IMG/VR virus record: IMGVR_UViG_3300037635_001739
Span: 1 to 54,857 of that record
Source of the DNA: a virus
Taxonomy: Duplodnaviria; Caudoviricetes
DNA length: 54,857 bases
Reading direction: 5' to 3' (one strand)
Below the pieces are notes generated by a model. That model ran no database searches. It was not told where the DNA came from and worked only from the letters and a program-made list of their open reading frames with translations. This document shows positions 21,201 to 29,300 of the stretch, in pieces. Position 1 is the stretch's first letter, and each line of letters opens with the position of its first letter. Position numbers and translations under genes: made by a program.

Positions 21201-22075
21201 CCAGCAGCTTAACGTCCCTATCATGGGCGTTTTACGACGCTCGCGCATTTAATCAACCTCTTAATAGCTGGAACACTAGTAACCTTAACAATTTAACATC
21301 CACATTTACTGATGCTATTGTTTTTAACCAACCTCTAAATAACTGGGATGTGAGTAGTGTGACCACTATGTACGGAACGTTTAATAATGCCGAGGCTTTT
21401 AACCAACCTCTAAACAGCTGGGACGTGAGCAGTGTGGCTAGTATGGAAAGCATGTTTGAAGACACCCTTTCTTTTAATCAAGATATAAACTCATGGAATG
21501 TTAGTAGTGTAACTTCTATGAAAAAAATGTTTAGGGCCGCAACCGCTTTTAATAAGCCTTTATACAATTGGAACACTAGCAATGTTACCACTATGAATAG
21601 TATGTTCTCAAGCAACAGTATATTTAATCAACCATTAAACACTCAATCAGTTACAGCTGGAGGAAGTACTTACACTGCTTGGGATGTGAGTAATGTGACC
21701 GATATGAACAGTATGTTTAGTTTTTGCAGTGCTTTTGATGGTAATATAGTCAATTGGGATGTGAGCAGTGTTACTAATATGAGTAGTGTGTTTTTAAGTG
21801 CGACTGCTTTTAATCAAGATATTGGCTCTTGGAATGTCAGCAGTGTTACTAATATGAATAAAATGTTTCAAGATGCTAATTCTTTTAATCAAAATATTAG
21901 CTCTTGGAACGTGAGCAGTGTGACTAATATGGAACGCATGTTTCGTGGTGTAAGTTCGTTTAATCAAAATCTAAGTGGCTGGAACGTTGTTAATGTAACA
22001 GCTTGTTTAAATTTTAGTTTACTATCAACCGGATGGACATTAGCAAAACCTAACTTTACAAATTGTACTCCATAA
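15233..22075 (+). CDS. Tail stabilization/muzzle protein with C-terminal PKD-like domain and DUF285 (BspA-type) repeats
   Basis: N-terminal GKMNKDLDERLVPNGEYRDALN typical of crAss-like stabilization proteins; INWGDG...HTYTAAGVYTIEI (PKD); many ~25-aa FNQxxxSWDVSxVTxMxxMF repeats. Confidence 0.75.
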   Translation: MGEFVHVFQKGKMNKDLDERLVPNGEYRDALNLDLANSDNGNMGSLQSVKGNQQLRGKPQWTSDYIDSLTNAKCIGSFVDDKSDKIYWFITSTEADCIAEYNFAGGQIKPVIVDTNNVLNFSTQYLITGINIIDNLLFWTDNNSEPKTINIDKFKRGSVNFVTHTKIPDYDSTSQTYSANLTGRPDFNEADVTVIKKSPLTALTLDMAASKYGNSPGTGTSEVQFIPGGVYNPTGNNEKRINFTYAEDTASPEIRRSLPTRFQWEDNISNDPDYYDETSIEGWNGYLELEFGSPLPLNWQTGDIVNINADYEDTNFTDYEYGLSIRLVEPLNSTNIKWKCEIQSISSDIGTFIDANGNIIKFEWECLLEEDDAMFEDVFPRFAYRWKFIDNEYSTFSPFSEVAFLAGDFSYESREGYNTGMINSIRKLILKDISWGHVDVTEVDILYKESNSSAVYVVDTLVKDESYDTSGNLITEFEVKTELIGALIEGNQILRPWDNVPRKAQAQEIIGNRIVYGNYLQNYNVPTSEITLSSISNQYTVPMIVGEPTFSVKSIRTYQAGVVYLDKYGRETPVFTSKEAGTKLNISSSSTFNRLIAQPTNTPPDWATHYKIFIKENSNEYYNLALDRYYDAEDGNVWLSFPSSERNKISEESYLISKKQHDNNTPIESLSRYRVLSISNEAPDFIRTVDKNLGTEAVENISLISVGSLGFAFKGPSPSANPEFAPNFAGNSVIFALGAFKSEKYKVIDYKVVNTVGDETNYELTIGRGLGADATFLEVVGVGQNFDITVVAEQEETKPEYQGRFFVKIPRDAAFDTHIMTSFQALDPQFSILGSISFTESGTRGLVGENGTGRTGEPGYYWIDWGFKGDGAETETPTEMFVAGTGVWMNGVPYGGANPSNGPIGRRLNDIQPQRAFFQNFGPITKNNRFVGFSYVKVKQRTNGVPTYIDAMSGTVPTPFDPDIEDGRATRPVTPNGFITTGGSVRFEHTPTGELSPVYQIVKAQAFHHRRAQDDNEGDARNYAYVILLELNEDVDWEYAPDSNVYTTRLSQAADIAIQAIKPVVPQGNRLLTSNNPAIFETEPKEAVDLDLYYQASNALPISGYNDPVQLDWYNCFSFGNGVESNRIRDDYNAVTMDKGATVSSILADPYGEERRGSGYIFSQIYNSTSGINRLNQFIQALPITKDLNPIYGTIQKLHARDTDLITFCEDKCFRVLANKDALFNADGNANVTSNNNVLGQATPYAGEFGISKNPESFADYGFRLYFTDKNRGSVMRLSRDGLTQISEKGMSSFFADNLKANNKLIGSYDADKGLYNLTLNSLTSDWQTKFNPIQADNLAIACEDNIQNPPFQENYISTTVSFKESVDGWTSRKSFVPESGVSLNDRYFTFKDGLMWAHNENPIYNKFYGEQYISSFNVLINELPNSVKGYTALNYTGTKSRVLEYEKASSNKWYSIAEVNAGGWLPTSLRIKNPGWYVNYIRTNLEGGEVKEFEDKEGKYFNYIKALAVCNEAFGIGYPTGTDSGSQNYLLTTFIDLTCSNTGSTTDPDADLFLWTNWDEIIGNNDVTIANETTALSAKCIIEGFYNTLSDYTNIDKSGVEFKYFATAGLVVGTQLYDYNTEEPLTSAGLGLYVPSNLGEPNDSGLDPNNLATVLDSYDIIIYNSSGVITDIIQYNTITGSCGDAPLTNPLTFEVTTTVNSTSVELPYDASGTYSGTINWGDGNTSVNSYANRTHTYTAAGVYTIEISGRSSRIIFSNLSNSIAALYTKLVKFGSPMDFERLSFGASSSVIDGAVNMDFSTVEDVPSFIFNAHIENLTRGLSINNFNNISNWDVSNVTGMEAAFRDNTSFNQNIGSWDVSSVTATESMFHNAAAFNQNINSWDMSSAVNVTTMFYQATSFNQPLNSWNMSSVKYTSSMFRDAIAFNQPLNNWDVSNVISMSFMFAANSASSPTIFNQDISSWDVSNVTIMQRMFLHNHYFNQNINSWNTSSLTSLSWAFYDARAFNQPLNSWNTSNLNNLTSTFTDAIVFNQPLNNWDVSSVTTMYGTFNNAEAFNQPLNSWDVSSVASMESMFEDTLSFNQDINSWNVSSVTSMKKMFRAATAFNKPLYNWNTSNVTTMNSMFSSNSIFNQPLNTQSVTAGGSTYTAWDVSNVTDMNSMFSFCSAFDGNIVNWDVSSVTNMSSVFLSATAFNQDIGSWNVSSVTNMNKMFQDANSFNQNISSWNVSSVTNMERMFRGVSSFNQNLSGWNVVNVTACLNFSLLSTGWTLAKPNFTNCTP
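20720..22020 (+). repeat. Coding tandem repeats (~75 bp, DUF285 units)
   Basis: Recurring tttaa(t/c)caa...tggga(t/c)gtgag(t/c)a; 35 bp identical between 21007-21041 and 21322-21356. Confidence 0.9.
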
Positions 22076-22093
22076 TTAATTAAAAAATAAAAA

Positions 22094-23932
22094 ATGGCAG
22101 AAGATTTATCATCAGAATTTAATTACACCGCTACGGTAGTACAATATACTATATTAGAAGGGACTAATATTTCTAGTCAACACCCTACGGCAGTTATAAA
22201 AATAACAGCTAACCCGGGGTATACAGTAACAGCTGGAGACTTTTCTTGGAATGGCCCTTTAGCAGGGGTTACTAGCGTAGCTTTTACTCAGGATGGAGAG
22301 TTTGTTTTGTGTACAGTTACGTATGATACTACGTCTGTAATGCCTGCCTATAATGTGAATATAGGTCTGTGTATAATAGGAGACGCTGTTCTAGCAGGAG
22401 TAAATATAGCAGGTACGTTAACGACATTAGTGGATCCTAACACAGTAACGACTACGCCGTCTGAAACTAACACCCCGTATAGTGCGTCAGGAGCAGAAGG
22501 AGCTACCTCTGGAACATTGTTTACTAGAACTTACACTGCGGCATCTGGTAATTATTGGCCTGATAACAATAGTCCCAGCATACAGCTTACCAATGGCAAT
22601 TTGGGTCAATATAATATTACTCAGACACCTACCTATACGGCTAACGATGAGCTTATAGCTATAACCTATACGGTAACTTATATATTTACAGATCAAGATG
22701 TAGCTGGAGATAGTTTTGATATAGTAATTCCTAAACAAGTATTAATTTTAGTACCAGCTACCGGAATCACAGCATTTTTGGGAGACAACCGAACCGTATC
22801 AGCTGATGGAACTAATTATATAATGAGAGTGCAAGGTGCTCCCGGAGCTACGTATAGCATTTCCATGAGCGACGGAACAACCTCCGCCGCTGTAGTAACT
22901 AATGTAGTAATGGGAGATGCTGGTAGTGCTCAACATAATTTTATAATACCTAATAATACCGGCGCTTCAAACATAACTTGGACAGCAACTATATCTGGGG
23001 ATATAGAACCTGGAGTCCCAACTACTATAATATTCGATCAAGCACATCCAGTAGCTCCAGCCCCACCTATTGATGTGTGTACAACGTTTAGCTCTACTTC
23101 AGCAACATTATCGTCTAATATAATATCTCCACTAGCGGTGGCAGAGAGACAGCTATTTATGAGAGCTGACGGATTGGCATTTTATGTACAAAGATTCGGA
23201 GATCAATCAGTGTCTCAAGCGAGTTTAGCAGTTGCTAATGATCCTACATCTACAATATCTTACGTGAATGTTTCGCCTACATTAACCAGTATACCCCTAT
23301 ATAAATCGGAGGGTCTTAGGTTTTCTTCAGACGGGAGCAAAATGTTTATAGGTGACACCTCTTCAGCAAATTTTAAAATACATAGGTTTATATTGTCAAC
23401 ACCTTGGGATATATCTACCGCTTCTAGCACTTCTGACCAACAAGTTTCTTTTACTAATGGGGGAGGGGGAACTTATGACAATGTTACCTTTGTACTTAGC
23501 GCCGATGGCACAAAAATATTTGGCTTTATGAGAGATGCGGCTAGTGTCAATACTTATGAATCCATTAAGATCGTATTGACAACCCCTTACGATCTTTCTA
23601 CAGCGCAGGCTCCTGTAAACACAGTTCTTGATAGTTTGTTTGCGCTACCGGGTATGTCCTCTCCCTTAGGAGCATCCGGGTCTGCGTATTTTCCCGCTTC
23701 TGCCTTAGGGGGTGATGATTACATACTTTTTGGAAGAGCAAGTTCTATAACAGCGTTTGCTAATGACGTAACAATACCTGATTTTGCAAGTAATAGCGGG
23801 ACTGCAAGCTGTGGTAGTTCAGCAATTTCTCCAGCTTGGAATAGCTCAGATGAAAGTTATCTGTTTACAATCCTTAGAACCGGACAATCACCATATACAT
23901 ATACTTTATCAAAATATACATTAGGACCGTAA
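22094..23932 (+). CDS. Putative tail fibre/appendage protein (Ig-like N-part, beta-propeller-like C-part)
   Basis: Thr/Ser-rich beta-strand composition; repeated FSSDGSKMFI...LSTPWDISTA / LSADGTKIF...LTTPYDLSTA blades. Confidence 0.55.
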   Translation: MAEDLSSEFNYTATVVQYTILEGTNISSQHPTAVIKITANPGYTVTAGDFSWNGPLAGVTSVAFTQDGEFVLCTVTYDTTSVMPAYNVNIGLCIIGDAVLAGVNIAGTLTTLVDPNTVTTTPSETNTPYSASGAEGATSGTLFTRTYTAASGNYWPDNNSPSIQLTNGNLGQYNITQTPTYTANDELIAITYTVTYIFTDQDVAGDSFDIVIPKQVLILVPATGITAFLGDNRTVSADGTNYIMRVQGAPGATYSISMSDGTTSAAVVTNVVMGDAGSAQHNFIIPNNTGASNITWTATISGDIEPGVPTTIIFDQAHPVAPAPPIDVCTTFSSTSATLSSNIISPLAVAERQLFMRADGLAFYVQRFGDQSVSQASLAVANDPTSTISYVNVSPTLTSIPLYKSEGLRFSSDGSKMFIGDTSSANFKIHRFILSTPWDISTASSTSDQQVSFTNGGGGTYDNVTFVLSADGTKIFGFMRDAASVNTYESIKIVLTTPYDLSTAQAPVNTVLDSLFALPGMSSPLGASGSAYFPASALGGDDYILFGRASSITAFANDVTIPDFASNSGTASCGSSAISPAWNSSDESYLFTILRTGQSPYTYTLSKYTLGP

Positions 23933-23966
23933 AAAACATAATTTGCACAACATAAATAAATAAAAT

Positions 23967-24317
23967 ATGGCAGCAGGAATACCTATACAAATAAACTTTG
24001 CAAATCATCTTCCAATAGGATTAGATTTAAACGACATAATATGGTACTTAGACGCGTCTACAGAAGAGGACGTAATGATGGGCCCAGTAACTACAATAGT
24101 AAACAACGATGAGACTTCTACATATTATATAATAGTAGATGCGGGAGCGGGCGTTTCTGCCCCTACTACAGAAGATTTTGTTTACTACAAGAAAAACCCA
24201 ATAGGATATGCTAGCTCTTTAAAAGGATATTTTGCAGAGGCACAGTTTGTAAACACAGAAACTAAATACGCGGAATTGTTTTCAGTTGGCGCTGAAGTAT
24301 TTGAGAGCAGTAAATAA
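23967..24317 (+). CDS. Small tail-associated protein
   Basis: 116 aa ending SSLKGYFAEAQF...AELFSVGAEVFESSK; tail operon position. Confidence 0.55.
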   Translation: MAAGIPIQINFANHLPIGLDLNDIIWYLDASTEEDVMMGPVTTIVNNDETSTYYIIVDAGAGVSAPTTEDFVYYKKNPIGYASSLKGYFAEAQFVNTETKYAELFSVGAEVFESSK

Positions 24318-24347
24318 TGTGTAATAATATAATATAAAACATAAGAA

Positions 24348-25004
24348 ATGATAGGAATGATAACAGGCAGCGTAAGCGGCTTAGCAAACATAGCGGGAGG
24401 TATAATAGGGTCTAGAAAAAGAAAGCGAGAACAAAGGGAGGCTCAAAAGCAAATGAATATGCGTATGGCGCAGTTTGAAATGGCTGATACCTCTAATTTA
24501 TATAAGGACATGGAAAATACCATGGAAGATTTAACAGTAAATACTCAGCAAGCGGATTTCCAGGCACAGCAAGCAAATCAAGGTATTGCAAATACTATGA
24601 ACACAATGCAAGGAGCTGCGGGGGGTAGCGGTATTGCAGCTATGGCTCAAGCTATGGCAGGTCAACAAGCTCAAAACATGCGTCAAGCCAGCATATCTAT
24701 AGGGCAGCAGGAGCAAGCTAACCAAATGGCTGAAAGACAACAAGCGGACGCGTTAGCTATGAGAGAACGTAGAGGCGAAGAAGATTCCAGAAGGCTAGAA
24801 AGACAAAAAACTAATACATTACTTGGGATGTCTCAGCAAAGACTTTCTGCTGCTAATGCCGCTAGAGAGCAAGCTAAACAAAGCATTATGTCAGGTGTAG
24901 GAGATATATTTAGCGGAGCAATGTCAGGTGCCGCTAGTGGAATAATGGGGCCAGGTGTAGAGAAGCTTTTAGGTAAAACAGGTGACTTACCAGTAGAACA
25001 ATAA
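24348..25004 (+). CDS. Putative ejection (pilot) protein 1
   Basis: Gly/Ala-rich hydrophobic N-terminus and Q/A/M-rich coiled coil typical of podovirus DNA-ejection proteins. Confidence 0.6.
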   Translation: MIGMITGSVSGLANIAGGIIGSRKRKREQREAQKQMNMRMAQFEMADTSNLYKDMENTMEDLTVNTQQADFQAQQANQGIANTMNTMQGAAGGSGIAAMAQAMAGQQAQNMRQASISIGQQEQANQMAERQQADALAMRERRGEEDSRRLERQKTNTLLGMSQQRLSAANAAREQAKQSIMSGVGDIFSGAMSGAASGIMGPGVEKLLGKTGDLPVEQ

Positions 25005-25013
25005 AAAATAAAG

Positions 25014-26342
25014 ATGGCAAATTCAGATTTAATAAAAGGAGCAGGTCAGCTGTATGCTACAGAAACCGGGGACATGGGAGCGTCTTTAGTTAAAAGTATA
25101 AAGCAAGGAGCACAACAGGCGCAATCAGCTGCTGCAGCTAGGAAGCGAGAAAAAGCTAATATAAATGCAAAAACAGCAAATTATATAAACAGGTTACAAT
25201 CTAGTGTTGACGTTAGCGAGCTAGATCAAAACCAGCAAAATTCCGTAACTGAATTTTTACTTAAAGGTAGAAATGACTATGCTTATTCTGCCAGTACAAT
25301 AGCTAAATTAGACGCAGATGATCCTAGGTATATGGAGGAAGTTACTAAAATGAACGACATACAAATGAGCTTCCGTAACTTAGCTAATAATATAAACACG
25401 TTTAAAAAAGACAAATCTGAGTTTTTGCAGGACTTTGATAATGGAATGTTATCTGAAGGTAACGAGGTAAACACATTAGGTGAAGCCTCTAATATATATA
25501 CCACAGGCGGTGATTTCAAAGTAGGCAATGGAGGAGTACTAGAGTTTTTTGATGCTGCTTCAGGTTCTCTAAAAAGTTATTCTGATATAAATAAACCATT
25601 CCTTAAAGATTTCGCGGCTGCCGACGCAATACTACAAATGAATGAAAGTCTATATAAATCAGGACAATCATTAACAGGAGCTAGAAGAAACATGATAGCG
25701 CAAAAACTAAAAAACTTAATAAGCAAAGGAGGCAGAAACACTCTTATGTCTTTAGCATCGGATGATTTTATCATGGAGGGCGGTTTAGGATTGCAAGATC
25801 CTATGTTATTTGAGCCAGAAAATCAAGACGCTTTAAAACAAGCTGTACTGGATGGTTACATGAACGTGTTAGATGCATCCGCTGCTCAAGGGGCTGCAGA
25901 TAAAGCGCCTAAAACTTCAAAAAACTCAGGGCTGTCAATGACCCCTGGCCTTAGACAAGAACTTGCTTTACAAGGAACAGATGTTGTGGAAAGAGCAAAT
26001 TCTTTTGTGTCTACGAACGATCCGGTAGAATTAGTAGAAATTCTTAATGGCGGAGCTCTTAAAACAGAGTTTTTTACGCCTGAAGATTTTATAAAACAAG
26101 TGCCCGACGATGAGGTTGGAAACAAAGAAAAATGGCTTGAAGAACATAAAGATAAAATAATATACGACCCAGGGTCAGGTGGCAGACCTATAAAAGTGGA
26201 CCTTTCGGACCCCAATGCTAAATATAAGTTTTTCATAAAAGAAATTTCGGGGTTAAGCGATAATGCTAAAGGTTATATTCTACAACAATACCAGCCTCAA
26301 ACTACTGAAAGTACAGGAGGAGCATCTCAATTTAATAAATAA
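25014..26342 (+). CDS. Putative ejection/internal virion protein 2
   Basis: 442-aa helical protein between the pilot and giant protein genes. Confidence 0.5.
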   Translation: MANSDLIKGAGQLYATETGDMGASLVKSIKQGAQQAQSAAAARKREKANINAKTANYINRLQSSVDVSELDQNQQNSVTEFLLKGRNDYAYSASTIAKLDADDPRYMEEVTKMNDIQMSFRNLANNINTFKKDKSEFLQDFDNGMLSEGNEVNTLGEASNIYTTGGDFKVGNGGVLEFFDAASGSLKSYSDINKPFLKDFAAADAILQMNESLYKSGQSLTGARRNMIAQKLKNLISKGGRNTLMSLASDDFIMEGGLGLQDPMLFEPENQDALKQAVLDGYMNVLDASAAQGAADKAPKTSKNSGLSMTPGLRQELALQGTDVVERANSFVSTNDPVELVEILNGGALKTEFFTPEDFIKQVPDDEVGNKEKWLEEHKDKIIYDPGSGGRPIKVDLSDPNAKYKFFIKEISGLSDNAKGYILQQYQPQTTESTGGASQFNK

Positions 26343-26348
26343 TAAAGC

Positions 26349-29300
26349 ATGAACGAAGAAGCATTAAAGTACTCATTTGATCTGTTTGTGAAAGATGGAT
26401 ACAATGGCACCATAGACGATTATAAAGAGCTTATTAAAACAAATGATAAGGCTAGATCAGTTTCTTATAATTTGTTCACCAGTGATGGCTATAATGGCTC
26501 TGACGCTGACTTCAATAATTTAATGGGTATAGATAACACTATAATGTTATCAGATGAAGAATTGGGAAAGACAAACGACTCTGCGAATGTGGATCCAAGT
26601 GTGGAGTCAGACACTACGGGATCTGGATTGGACGATGGTTTTTCGGAGTCTCAAGAAAAAGATACGGGAATTGAAAGATTATTCGGTAAGAACGAAGTTA
26701 CTGATTTTTTCGGGGATATAGCTAGGGCTTGGCAATCAGGTACAGCTCAAGGAAGATCTTTAGATTCCGCTATAGAAATATTTAAGAGTGGCAAAGACAT
26801 GACTGAAGATCAGTATGTTGAATTTGTTGAGCAAGCTCGGGCTATGGAAGATGCTGGTCAAACAGATGAAATGATAGAATTTGGCAAGCAATATGCTAAA
26901 GATAAAGAAGAATATGGAAGTGTAGGTGGGTTTTTTACAAGTTGGTGGAAAAATCCAACAGTAATGACTCAATACACTGCACAGTCATTAGCTAATATGG
27001 CTTCTAGCGCAAGAAACAGTGAAGAAGCTGCCTTAATGGCTGCTGGCGGTGTTGTAACCGGAGCAGGAATTGGTTCTGCTATTCCAGTTGTTGGGACTAT
27101 TTTAGGAGGACTATCAGGCGGGATGGGGGCTTTGTCTGGAACTATGGAAGTAGGTTTTACTACCGCCCAGTTATTACAAGAAGCTGCAATCGATGCCGGT
27201 AAAGATTGGAATACTATGTCCAACAAAGAGCGAATAGACTGGACTAAAGAAGTTGTAAATAATGAAGAACTATATAACGATCTAACCAACAAGGCTTTAA
27301 GAAGAGGTATTGCTATAGGATCTATAGATGCGGTTACCGGAGCTTTGACTGGCGGTATAGGTGGAGCTGCTAGAACAGGTGTTACTGCAACAACTAAAAG
27401 TGCTCTTGCTGGAGCTGCTGAAGTTGCTGCTGTTGCTGCTACTGAAACAGCTGGAGGATTAGCTAGTGAAATAGCTGGACAGTTAGCCGCTGAACAAGAA
27501 TTAGATGCTCAAGAAATACTTACTGAAGGATTTGCAGATAAAACGTTTACACTTGTAAATGTAGCTAGAGGAGGTTTAAAAGGCCCTAAGTATACATTAG
27601 AAGGTGAAAAAATGAATGGTAAAAGATTCAGAGAGGCTGTTCAAACAATGGACGATGCTACCGTTGCTACTGTGAAGTTTGAAATATCTAATGACCCTTT
27701 AATGGAGAAGATAATTCAGAACAGAAAACAAGATATAAAAATAGATCAAGAGATCGATGCCACTATAAGCGGAGTTGATGATAGAGCTGAAATAATTAAG
27801 CTACAAAAAAAATTAAACAAATTAAAAGGTAACGACAGTGTAACTGCGAGCAATACTAAAAAAGAAATACGATCTCAAATAACTGAAATACAAGATAAGT
27901 ATAAAGGCTCTGAAGTTGATGTAACTATTAAGCAACGCCAAGAAGCGGTGGCTAAGGCGGTTGATACTAAATTTGAAGAAAACTTTAATAAATACTATAA
28001 AGGGGCTAAGCAAGCAGCTAAAGATTTAGGATTTAAGCAAGGTCCTAAAATTTACAAAACAACTAAGGGGTACGAAAAAGCTATAGCTGCCAAAGAGGGA
28101 TTTGACTCTTTTGATAAATATATAGCTGATGTAGCTAAAAGAAAAAACATATCTATTGAAAAAGCCGCTGAAATATCAAGAGGATCAGATGGTGTATTCT
28201 TAGGTGAGGGCGTTATGTTCATTGATAAACAAAAAGCTAAAGAAGTAGGTGCTATTACAGTTGCTTCTCACGAACTATTACACCCTGTGTTTAATGCAGC
28301 TATTGGTGATGCTAAAGCACAAGGTAAAATAGTTAGAGAGTTTAAGAAGGCAATGACTTCTAAACAAAAAAGATTTGTTAGGAATAAACTTAAAGCTAAT
28401 GTGAATCCAGCAGACTGGAACACAGAATATCTAAATTACTTTTCTGATGCAATATTAAAAGGAGAGATCAATTACGACAAAACTCTATTTGAAAAACTAA
28501 AAGATGTTGTCTTAAGAGTATTAAAAGGAGCTGGATTTGAAAATGTTTCTTTTGATAGCGGTAGAGAAGTATATAACTTTTTAAAAGAATACAATACTAG
28601 CTTAAAAGAAACTGGACAGGTAAGTGAAAAAGCAGTTGAAGCTATTAAGACTGCAGAAACAAAACGTACTACTAAGCTTAGAAAAGAAAATGCAGATGCT
28701 CCTGAAGTAAAAGCAGCTACTATAAATAGATCAGGAGATATACAAAAATCGGTTAATCAAGAAATACTAGATTTAACGGAGGCATTAGATGCCGCGGAAG
28801 ACGCTTATGCAGCGGATCCAAATAATCCTACATTGGAAAAAAATGTAGAGCTAGCTGAAAAAGCTTTAGACGAAGCTGAAGAAAGAGCTATATCTGGTGC
28901 TCCAAAACCTAAAGTTGTAGCTCCTAAACCTAAGAAAGAAGTTAAAAAAGAAGTTAAGAAAGAGGATAAGCCTAAAGCTAAAAAAGAAACAACTAGCAAG
29001 CAAAAAGAACTTAATGAAAAAGTTGATAAGCTAGCTGGTAAAAAAGACGAAGACGGTAATTACGTAATGTCTAAAAAAGAATGGGATAGAACTGGTATAG
29101 GTAAAGCTAGTCAATCCATTATTTATGGTGACATATTAAATCCGTTAATAACAAGAGGTATAACTGGAGAAGGAGTACAAGGAAAGTCTTTACAGGACTT
29201 CATACAGGCTGTTAAAGATGAATTATTACCTGTGCTAATGAATTTTAATCCTGAGAAAAACAACAGTTTAATAGGGTGGATTAATAGTCAATTACGTTTC

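Noticed and set aside
20720-22020. DUF285 repeats as a CRISPR array or a diversity-generating retroelement target
   Set aside because: The repeats are in-frame coding units without unique spacers. No cas gene, reverse transcriptase or non-coding template repeat was seen in the window.
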